From Bacteroidota bacterium (lineage in GTDB: Bacteria > Bacteroidota > Bacteroidia > Chitinophagales > Chitinophagaceae): 64,000 nt of DNA. The stretch is taken from NCBI GenBank assembly GCA_039805245.1, contig JBDLUN010000144.1, positions 162-64,161 of the forward strand. Direction: 5' to 3'. Below the pieces are notes generated by a model. It did not search any database and was not told the DNA's origin. It saw only the letters and a program-made list of their open reading frames with translations. The position numbers and the translations under genes were made by a program. The stretch's first letter is position 1. Each line of letters begins with the position of its first letter. Shown here one piece after another: positions 56,956 through 64,000 of the stretch.

Positions 56956-58851
56956 TCAGATATTGATAATCAAAACGGGTATGCGCAGGGCATGACGCAC
57001 AGCATCCACTGTTTGGCCATAAACCACGTCTCGGATGCCGGAATGTCCGTGCGAGCCAATGACGAGCAGGTCGGCCCGTTGTTCCCGCACTATCCTGACG
57101 ATCTCTTTCACCCTGCCGTCAAAGCCCAATAAGCCTGTGGCGGTGTATCCTTTGTCTCTCAACTCCTGAACAAATTTTTCCATCCGCTCCTTGTCGTTTC
57201 GCGTTTCCATATCATCTGCAGCATCGCCGAGGAAGCGGGTGGCCGGACTTTCCACAATATGTATCAACAGGTAATGGCTTTCTTTGGTGCCTTGCCCCAG
57301 CGCATGACCAATCAGTTTGTGGTCGTTCTTACTGAAGTCGAGGGCCACGGCAATCTTTTGAGCAGCTGCTTTCGCCTTTAAAGGAATCACCACATGCTGC
57401 AGTTTTTCTGGCAAGGGATGCACACTGGTTTCAGGTGTGGAGATCTTGACGAAAAGCGGATAGAAGATAGCCATCAATAGCAATGTCAGGTATGCCAATC
57501 CACCAGCAATAATCAATGCCTTGCCCAACAAGGACTGTGACTCCTCGAAGAACAGGGATGCCTGTTCGTACACCATGCGCAGGTTCAGGTAAACAAGCAC
57601 CAATGTGATTAATGATGCCAATACAATCAACCAGGGTTTGATGGTGAAGATGCCCATTGTTTTTCTGTCGCTTGTAAAATGGATCAGGGGAATGATGGCG
57701 AAGCCGAGTTGCATACTCAGGATAACCTGACTAAATATCAGCAGGCTGTCGATATTGTTTTCACCATTGATGAGGATGACTACCACAGCCGGTACAACAG
57801 CAATCAAACGGGTCATCAGCCGCCTCACCCAAGGTGTAATCCTGAGCTGCAGGTAGCCTTCCATCACAATCTGACCTGCCATTGTTCCGGTGATGGTGGA
57901 ACTTTGTCCGGATGCTATCAGTGCGATGGCGAAGAGTGTTGGCGCCAATGAAGAACCCAGCATGGGGGCGAGCAGTTCATGTGCCTGTTTGATTTCGGCT
58001 ACATCGGTTCTGCCGGAGCTGTAAAATACAGTGGCTGCCAAGATCAGGATAAACGCATTGACAAAAAAAGCAAGGTTCAGTGCGATGGCACTGTCAATGA
58101 AGTTCAGTTTGAGCGATTTTTTGATACCGGCAGTATCCCGTTTGATCTTCCTTGTTTGCACCAGTGCCGAATGCAGGTATAGGTTATGGGGCATTACGGT
58201 TGCACCTATGATACCAATGGCAATGTAAAGCGCCTGCTCATTGGGAATGGAAGGGATGAAACCTTTGGCCACTTCACCCAAATCAGGCTTGGCCAGAAAC
58301 ATTTCTGTCAGGAAGCTGAATCCAATAATCCCCACTAGGGAAATGATAAAGGCTTCCATCTTGCGGATGCCCAATCGCTGGAGGAAGAGGAACAGAAAGG
58401 TATCTGCTACGGTCAGCAAAACTCCCCAAATCAGGGGCAAGCCGGTGAGCAACTGAATGCCAATAGCCATTCCGAGGATTTCGGCAAGGTCAGTTGCAGC
58501 AATGGCTACTTCCGCCAGGATATAAAAGGCAAAATTGACACCTTTGGGATAGGTTTCCCTATTGGCTTGGGCCAGATCTCGGCCACGGACAATACCCAGT
58601 CTGGCCGACAGGCTTTGGAGCAGTAATGCCATCAGGTTACTCATCAACAAAACCCAGATGAGCTTATAGCCAAATTGGCTGCCACCAGCCAAATCTGTGG
58701 CCCAGTTGCCTGGATCCATATAGCCAACACTTACAAGATATGCTGGCCCAAAGAATGCCAGCACCCTCCTCCAGCCTTTGCGCTGATGGGCAGGGTCTAC
58801 ACTGTGGTGAACTTCGCTAAGGGAACTGTAGTTGGGGTCGGTATGTTTCAT
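56956..58851 (-). CDS. mntH: Nramp divalent metal (Mn2+) transporter with C-terminal USP-like domain
   Basis: YMDPGNW, MPHNLYLHS and GQSSTITGT; C-terminal AVALDFS...GSHGHSG...YG USP fold. Confidence 0.93.
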   Translation of the reverse strand: MKHTDPNYSSLSEVHHSVDPAHQRKGWRRVLAFFGPAYLVSVGYMDPGNWATDLAGGSQFGYKLIWVLLMSNLMALLLQSLSARLGIVRGRDLAQANRETYPKGVNFAFYILAEVAIAATDLAEILGMAIGIQLLTGLPLIWGVLLTVADTFLFLFLQRLGIRKMEAFIISLVGIIGFSFLTEMFLAKPDLGEVAKGFIPSIPNEQALYIAIGIIGATVMPHNLYLHSALVQTRKIKRDTAGIKKSLKLNFIDSAIALNLAFFVNAFILILAATVFYSSGRTDVAEIKQAHELLAPMLGSSLAPTLFAIALIASGQSSTITGTMAGQIVMEGYLQLRITPWVRRLMTRLIAVVPAVVVILINGENNIDSLLIFSQVILSMQLGFAIIPLIHFTSDRKTMGIFTIKPWLIVLASLITLVLVYLNLRMVYEQASLFFEESQSLLGKALIIAGGLAYLTLLLMAIFYPLFVKISTPETSVHPLPEKLQHVVIPLKAKAAAQKIAVALDFSKNDHKLIGHALGQGTKESHYLLIHIVESPATRFLGDAADDMETRNDKERMEKFVQELRDKGYTATGLLGFDGRVKEIVRIVREQRADLLVIGSHGHSGIRDVVYGQTVDAVRHALRIPVLIINI

Positions 58852-59282
58852 GATTGTGTGTTTCTGAAGTTTCCGTTATGGTCGGGAATAGGGTCTCCAT
58901 GCGGATCCAATTTAGGGTAGCCTAAATATGCATCCAGTTTTTCAATGAGTTTAAGGCTGCTGACATGTTCGAGCTGTTCGGCCACCTCATGTACTTCATC
59001 CCATTGGAAATCAAGCTTGTCTGCCAAAAAGAATTCCCAAAGCCGATGCCTGCGGATGATGCCTAGGGCTACACGGTTGCCCTCTGCACTTAGCCTGAAA
59101 CCATGATAGGGCTTGTAATTCAGCAGTTTTTTCGCTTTCAGTTTCTTAAGCATATCCGTTACCGATGCCGGTGCGGTTTGCAGGGAACCTGACAACTCTT
59201 GTGTGGATACCTGGGCAGTCTGCTTTTGCAGGTGGAAAATGGCCTTGATGTAATTTTCTTCGGTCTCCGTATATTTTACCAT
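58848..59282 (-). CDS. mntR: DtxR/MntR metal-dependent regulator, short form without FeoA/SH3 domain
   Basis: EENYIKAI, SVTDMLKKL, RRHRLWEFFL, EVHEVAEQLEH and DPHGDPIP. ATGA overlap with mntH. Confidence 0.9.
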   Translation of the reverse strand: MVKYTETEENYIKAIFHLQKQTAQVSTQELSGSLQTAPASVTDMLKKLKAKKLLNYKPYHGFRLSAEGNRVALGIIRRHRLWEFFLADKLDFQWDEVHEVAEQLEHVSSLKLIEKLDAYLGYPKLDPHGDPIPDHNGNFRNTQS

Positions 59283-59293
59283 TCCCAATAAAG

Positions 59294-59309
59294 TTTAGAC
59301 GAATCTAAA
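59294..59309. promoter_or_regulatory. Putative MntR operator
   Basis: Palindrome TTTAGA-CGAA-TCTAAA, 11 bp upstream of the mntR ATG. Confidence 0.7.
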
Positions 59310-59356
59310 AATTTATCGGGAATGTGTCAATTTTCTGCGAAACTATTTTTTGGGAT

Positions 59357-59542
59357 TCAGTCCCTGAACTGGAGAAAACCCCAATTTTCCGGCTTATGCA
59401 TGTCGATTACCCCCTGTGGGCTCCACACCCAATTGTTGTCGGTTTCCCTGTTGTCGTTCAAGGTGCCATTCAGAAGAACTGCTGTGCCTACACCTTTTGT
59501 ATTCCATTGCATATCTGCGGGTCCGCCTTTCCCTATCTTTGG
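59357..59542 (-). pseudogene. Internally deleted remnant of a carbohydrate-binding family 9-like (DOMON-like) gene
   Basis: Translates as PKIGKGGPADMQWNTKGVGTAVLLNGTLNDNRETD fused directly to NNWVWSPQGVIDMHKPENWGFLQF. From recall of the family, these are two normally separated conserved blocks. Confidence 0.65.
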
Positions 59543-59563
59543 ATGAATTGTAACGGAACGCTT

Positions 59564-60640
59564 ATGGAAAAACAATTTGGTTTTGGCATCATTGGGGCAG
59601 GAATGATTGCACACGTTCATGCCCGGGCCATCAGGGAAATTCCCCAGTCCAGACTGGTTGGTGTATTCAGCACTACCCCGCAAAAAAGGGAGGCTTTTGC
59701 AGGCAAGGAAAATTGCAAGGCATTTGAAAGTCTTGATGCGATGTTACAAGATCCTGAGATTGACATCGTTTGTATCTGCACACCATCTGGTGCACATCAG
59801 GATCCAACGCTGGCCTGTATTGCAGCCGGCAAGCATTGCCTGGTTGAAAAACCGTTGGAGGTAACCCTGGAGAAGTGCGACCGTATCATCAACGCTGCTG
59901 AACAACATGGTGTCAAAGTGGGAGTTATTTTTCCTTCCCGCTTTTACGATCAGGCTATGCATTTGAAAAAAGCAATTGCCGAAGCCAGATTTGGAGATAT
60001 TGTATTGGGGGATGCCTATGTGAAATGGTATCGCAGTGAAGCCTATTACCAATCCAATGCCTGGCGGGGAACCTGGGAATTGGATGGCGGTGGGGCACTG
60101 ATGAATCAAGGCATCCATTCGGTTGACCTCTTGCAATGGTATATGGGTCCGGTTAAAGCTGTGCAGGCTTTCAGAACAAACCGCAGGCACAAAACAATTG
60201 CTGTTGAAGATACAGTGGTGGCGGTGGTTGAATTTGCCAATGGGGCATTGGGGAACATGACCTGTTCAACAGCCATTTTTCCAGGAGAATTGAAACGCAT
60301 CGAAATCAATGGTACAGCCGGAACAGCGGTATTGCAGGAGAGCAACCTCGTCAAATGGGAGCTTGAGGTGATGGGGGATGAAGATATTGCCCTTCAGAAG
60401 CGCATGCAGGAAAATGGTCTCTCGCACGGCGGCGGTGCATCCAACCCGGCAGATATCAGTTTCAAAGGTCATCAGTTGCAGATTGAAGATATGCTGCAAG
60501 CCATCGAAACCAATGGGACCCCATTGGTGGATGCCGTGGAAGGCAGGAAGGCTGTGGAAATTGTACTGGCTATCTACCAAAGTGCTGCAACAGGCAAAAA
60601 GGTTGGGTTGCCGTTGGACAGCAGGAATGACCTTTCGTGA
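59564..60640 (+). CDS. Gfo/Idh/MocA family oxidoreductase
   Basis: GIIGAGMIA, ICTPSGAH, HCLVEKP and WRGTWELDGGGALMNQGIHSVD; start at ATG 59564. Confidence 0.92.
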   Translation: MEKQFGFGIIGAGMIAHVHARAIREIPQSRLVGVFSTTPQKREAFAGKENCKAFESLDAMLQDPEIDIVCICTPSGAHQDPTLACIAAGKHCLVEKPLEVTLEKCDRIINAAEQHGVKVGVIFPSRFYDQAMHLKKAIAEARFGDIVLGDAYVKWYRSEAYYQSNAWRGTWELDGGGALMNQGIHSVDLLQWYMGPVKAVQAFRTNRRHKTIAVEDTVVAVVEFANGALGNMTCSTAIFPGELKRIEINGTAGTAVLQESNLVKWELEVMGDEDIALQKRMQENGLSHGGGASNPADISFKGHQLQIEDMLQAIETNGTPLVDAVEGRKAVEIVLAIYQSAATGKKVGLPLDSRNDLS

Positions 60641-60710
60641 TATTAAAATAACCTTATCTTCATACTAAGGCCGTTGGGTCAAATCACCCAACCTGCCAGA
60701 ATCAATTAAT

Positions 60711-61631
60711 ATGAACACAACACATCTTGAGGGCTTGATAGCAGCCCCATTCACTCCCTTTCATGCCGATGGCAGTTTGAATCTTGGTTTGGTGCCTGCG
60801 TATTACGCATTCCTGAAAAAAAATGGTGTGGCAGGGGCTTTCATCTGCGGTTCTACCGGTGAGGGCATTTCCATGACCATGGATGAAAAAATGGCACTGA
60901 CGGATGCCTGGGCTTCAGCCACCCAAGGCGATCCCGATTTCCGGGTCATACTCTTTGTGGGCGGAAACTGCTTGGCTGAATGCAGGCAGCTGGCAGCGCA
61001 TGCCGCAAAGGCAGGTTTGTATGGTTTTTCGATGACTGCCCCCAGCTATTTCAAACCATCAAGCATTGAGGCACTGGCCGCTTGTTGCATAGATGTGGCT
61101 GCTGCTGCCCCGGAACTTTCTTTCTACTATTACCATATACCTGTATTCACCGGAGTACGGTTCCCCATGGCGCAGCTGTTGAAGCTCCTGGACGGGAAAA
61201 TTCCCAACCTGGCCGGAATCAAATACACTGATGAAGACGTCACGGAGTACACCAGCTGTGTCAATTATGGCCATAAAAAATTTGAAGTCATGTGGGGTAG
61301 GGATGAATCGCTCTTGGCTGCACTTGCAGTAGGTGGGAAAGCAGGTATTGGCAGTACGTATAACTATGCCATGCCTTTGTACCAGAAGCTAATCAGTGCT
61401 TTCAACAATGGTGATATGGAAACAGCCGCAGCCTGCCAGCAGCAGTCCATTGACATGATTGCTCTGCTGGGCAAATATGGTGGCATGGCTACGGGTAAAG
61501 CATTCATGCGGGCAGTGGGCATCGACTGTGGCCCATTCCGCTTGCCTTTCATAGATATGCCGGAATCCAGAAAAGCTGCTTTCCTGCAAGATTTGGAGTC
61601 CATTGGTTTTGACGCGCTCAAGTCGGTTTGA
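60711..61631 (+). CDS. nanA: N-acetylneuraminate lyase-like (DHDPS/NAL family, Bacteroides NanL type)
   Basis: CGSTGEG, YYYHIP (catalytic Tyr), Schiff-base GIKYT, GRDE and IGSTYN. Confidence 0.85.
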   Translation: MNTTHLEGLIAAPFTPFHADGSLNLGLVPAYYAFLKKNGVAGAFICGSTGEGISMTMDEKMALTDAWASATQGDPDFRVILFVGGNCLAECRQLAAHAAKAGLYGFSMTAPSYFKPSSIEALAACCIDVAAAAPELSFYYYHIPVFTGVRFPMAQLLKLLDGKIPNLAGIKYTDEDVTEYTSCVNYGHKKFEVMWGRDESLLAALAVGGKAGIGSTYNYAMPLYQKLISAFNNGDMETAAACQQQSIDMIALLGKYGGMATGKAFMRAVGIDCGPFRLPFIDMPESRKAAFLQDLESIGFDALKSV

Positions 61632-61703
61632 GGCTTACGCTCTCTATCTGCGGAGGGATTTGCTGCAGTCCAATAATTTTCTTTTTTTTCAAAGCATCCA
61701 ACC

Positions 61704-62912
61704 ATGTCATTCAAAATCAGCTATCCTTGGCGTTTGGTCTTCCTGCTCTCTGGTGTTGCCTTACTCAATTACATGGATAGGCAGATGATTTCCACCATGC
61801 GTCCGGCGATGCAATTGGATATTGTGGAACTGCAACAGGCAACCAATTTTGGTAGGCTGATGGCGGTCTTTCTCTGGGTATATGGTGCCATGAGTGCCTT
61901 CTCAGGCGTCATTGCCGATTTCTTCAATAAAAAATGGCTCATCATCAGCAGCCTTTTCGTTTGGTCTGCTGTCACCTGCTCTATGGGCTTTGCCCAGGAT
62001 TTTGATCAACTTTACCTGCTTCGTGCTGTCATGGGTTTCAGTGAAGCGCTATATATCCCTGCAGGCTTGGCGCTGATCGCTTCAAGCCATCCCGACCATT
62101 CGCGGTCATTGGCAGTGGGCATCCACATGGCAGGGATTTACATCGGGCAGGCTTTAGGTGGCTTTGGTTCCACTATCTCCAAATACTACTCCTGGCAACA
62201 GACATTTTTACTTTTTGGGGGCATCGGTATTGTCTATGCCATCCTCCTGATTTTTTTCATCAGGGATATCAAACCTGCTCCTGAAACAAAAGATGCTATC
62301 CGGGTGAAACCATTGGCCTCCATCGCCTCTTTGTTGGGTTCTTTTCCCTTTTGGATCATTGTACTCTACTTTGCTGTACCCAGCCTGCCGGGATGGGCCA
62401 TCAAAAATTGGGCCCCCACGCTCATTGCCCAAAACCTGGGTATTGAAATGGCTGTGGCAGGACCACTGACAACCATCAGCATTTCCCTCTCCTCACTCCT
62501 GGGTGTATTGGTAGGGGGTGTGATGAGCGACCGTTGGTTTAAAGTCAACAGCAAGGGGAGGATTTATACGGGAGCCATCGGACTCTCTCTGACGATTCCA
62601 GCCTTGCTGCTCATGGGCTATGGGCATTCGGTCTTTCATGTGGTAGGAGCAGCTTTTCTGTTCGGTTTTGGTTTCGGACTTTTCGATACCAACAATATGC
62701 CCATCCTTTGCCAATTTGTTGGCCCGAACCAAAGGGCTACTGCTTATGGCTTCCTGAATACAGCAGGCATTTTTGCAGGTGCAATGATTACAGACTACCT
62801 CGGTAAATCAACTGATGCCGGTAACCTGGGAGCTGATTTTGCTATGCTCTCAATAGTTGTTGCAGCAGTCATCATCGTACAACTGATTTTCCTGCGACCG
62901 GCACAAAAATGA
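61704..62912 (+). CDS. MFS transporter, putative sialic-acid/sugar-acid permease
   Basis: NYMDRQ, ADFFNKK loop motif, GFSEALYIP, FDTNNMP and 12 TM helices; downstream of nanA. Confidence 0.85.
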   Translation: MSFKISYPWRLVFLLSGVALLNYMDRQMISTMRPAMQLDIVELQQATNFGRLMAVFLWVYGAMSAFSGVIADFFNKKWLIISSLFVWSAVTCSMGFAQDFDQLYLLRAVMGFSEALYIPAGLALIASSHPDHSRSLAVGIHMAGIYIGQALGGFGSTISKYYSWQQTFLLFGGIGIVYAILLIFFIRDIKPAPETKDAIRVKPLASIASLLGSFPFWIIVLYFAVPSLPGWAIKNWAPTLIAQNLGIEMAVAGPLTTISISLSSLLGVLVGGVMSDRWFKVNSKGRIYTGAIGLSLTIPALLLMGYGHSVFHVVGAAFLFGFGFGLFDTNNMPILCQFVGPNQRATAYGFLNTAGIFAGAMITDYLGKSTDAGNLGADFAMLSIVVAAVIIVQLIFLRPAQK

Positions 62913-62920
62913 CAATCCTG

Positions 62921-62928
62921 TATATTTG
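62921..62928 (+). promoter_or_regulatory. -7 promoter box (TATATTTG) of the cyclase gene
   Basis: Exact TAnnTTTG match, 16 bp before ATG 62945. Confidence 0.55.
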
Positions 62929-62944
62929 TTGAAAATTCAACACC

Positions 62945-63742
62945 ATGCGCCGTTTTATCCTGATCAGTTCCCTTTTTCTGGCTGCCTGCAACAACAAGCC
63001 TGCAACCCTTTCCTTCCAGGAGATGAGCTGGATTGACCTGACGCATGCGTTCGATAGCAGTACTATCTACTGGCCTAACAATCCAACAGGATTCCAACAC
63101 AAAACAGATGCTGAAGGTGTTACACCAGCGGGCTTCTATTATTCATCATACCAGATTGCCACACCGGAGCATGGTGGTACACACCTGGATGCGCCAATTC
63201 ATTTTTCACAGGGTGGACTGACGGTAGACAGCATTCCATTGACTAGCCTCACAGGAAATGCGGTGGTTATTGATGTTTCCGCAAAATCACTGGAAAACAG
63301 GGATTACCTCATCTCCGTAGCCGATGTGGAAGCCTGGGAAAAGGAGCATGGAGAAATTCCGAAAAACAGCATTGTTTTATTCCATACCGGGTATGGAAAA
63401 TTTTATCCAGATCGCGCAAAAGTATTGGGAACTGCCAAACACGGTGTGGAAGCCATACCGGAACTGCATTTCCCGGGTATTGCACCTGAAACAACCCAGT
63501 GGTTGCTGGATAAACGGGATATCAAGGCCATGGGTCTGGATACGCCAAGTACTGATTACGGACAGTCAAAGGATTTCAAAACACACCAAATCCTTCATGG
63601 TAAGAATAAACCCGGCTTTGAAAATGTGGCCAACCTGGATAAGTTGCCACCTACAGGAGCTTATATCGTTGCCCTGCCGGTAAAAATAGGTAAAGGTAGT
63701 GGTGGTCCGCTGCGCATCATAGCAGGCATTCCTCAACCATAA
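62945..63742 (+). CDS. Cyclase family (kynurenine formamidase-like) metal hydrolase, lipoprotein
   Basis: Lipobox LAAC; DLTH, EHGGTHLDAPIHF, GLDTPS, FENVANL and GSGGPLR. Confidence 0.9.
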   Translation: MRRFILISSLFLAACNNKPATLSFQEMSWIDLTHAFDSSTIYWPNNPTGFQHKTDAEGVTPAGFYYSSYQIATPEHGGTHLDAPIHFSQGGLTVDSIPLTSLTGNAVVIDVSAKSLENRDYLISVADVEAWEKEHGEIPKNSIVLFHTGYGKFYPDRAKVLGTAKHGVEAIPELHFPGIAPETTQWLLDKRDIKAMGLDTPSTDYGQSKDFKTHQILHGKNKPGFENVANLDKLPPTGAYIVALPVKIGKGSGGPLRIIAGIPQP

Positions 63743-64000
63743 TCAGAGATTCAACCAATAAGTGGCTTTCAACACCAAAGCACTGCCTTTGGATCGGTAA
63801 TTGTCTGCATAGTAATTGTCGGTATACACCAAAAACAAATCTGACGCGGGAGCAAAGCGCCATTGGAAGCGGATATTGGTATTGATGTTGTTGATCTGGT
63901 TGTTGTATTGGATCAGCGTGGAGAGGAAGATTGATTTGGAAAAAGTCACTTCCAGTTTCGGACCAATCAACACCAAGTCAAGGCTCTTGTACGGTAAGGG
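63743..64000 (-). CDS. C-terminal fragment of an outer-membrane beta-barrel protein (DUF5916-like); 5' part lies beyond the window
   Basis: Frame is open to position 64000; NIRFQWRFAPASDLFLVY and LKATYWLNL terminus. Confidence 0.7.
   Translation of the reverse strand, partial: PLPYKSLDLVLIGPKLEVTFSKSIFLSTLIQYNNQINNINTNIRFQWRFAPASDLFLVYTDNYYADNYRSKGSALVLKATYWLNL

Noticed and set aside
58848-59282. mntR as a truncated pseudogene
   Set aside because: The DNA-binding and metal/dimerisation motifs are complete, the stop is coupled to the mntH start, and short MntR proteins without FeoA domains are well known.
59324-59563. 80-residue N-terminal extension of the oxidoreductase ORF
   Set aside because: The Rossmann motif begins right after ATG 59564; the extension is just the antisense of the CBM9-like relic.
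1-64000. CRISPR arrays, tRNA/rRNA genes, transposases, integrases and prophage genes
   Set aside because: None seen by eye: no regularly spaced repeats, no cloverleaf motifs and no matching ORFs. A tRNAscan/Infernal run would be needed to exclude small RNAs formally.

Overview
Gene-dense window from a Bacteroidota genome, probably Chitinophagaceae-like. The evidence is two proteins with T9SS C-terminal domains, a UpxY antiterminator and TAnnTTTG -7 promoter boxes. In order it contains: a truncated GntP-family permease, carbohydrate enzymes (GH20, GH105, a Tat-exported TIM-barrel protein), SQR and a MauG/MbnH-like di-heme protein; a five-gene LolA-like/ABC/outer-membrane envelope cassette; a circularly permuted ATP-grasp/alpha-E/transglutaminase operon; a ~17.5-kb AT-rich Wzx/Wzy exopolysaccharide locus (wza-wzc-upxY...wecB-wcaJ) with an unexplained CapK-like/DUF354/oxidoreductase module; a T9SS beta-helix protein; an orphan HipB-like regulator; an M16 peptidase; rhlE; oxyR followed by an orphan ABC/HlyD/TolC exporter; mntR-mntH; and a nanA-MFS cluster without nanE. 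I found no rRNA, tRNA, CRISPR array or transposase/integrase. The best leads are: (i) a probable gene-less transcript divergent from oxyR (promoter, OxyR-type site and a terminator oriented to the minus strand); (ii) the EPS tailoring module; (iii) the ATP-grasp triad; (iv) an ops-like element upstream of upxY; (v) the nanE-less nonulosonate cluster; (vi) an internally deleted CBM9-like gene relic. All family assignments come from recognising motifs by eye; no database searches were run.
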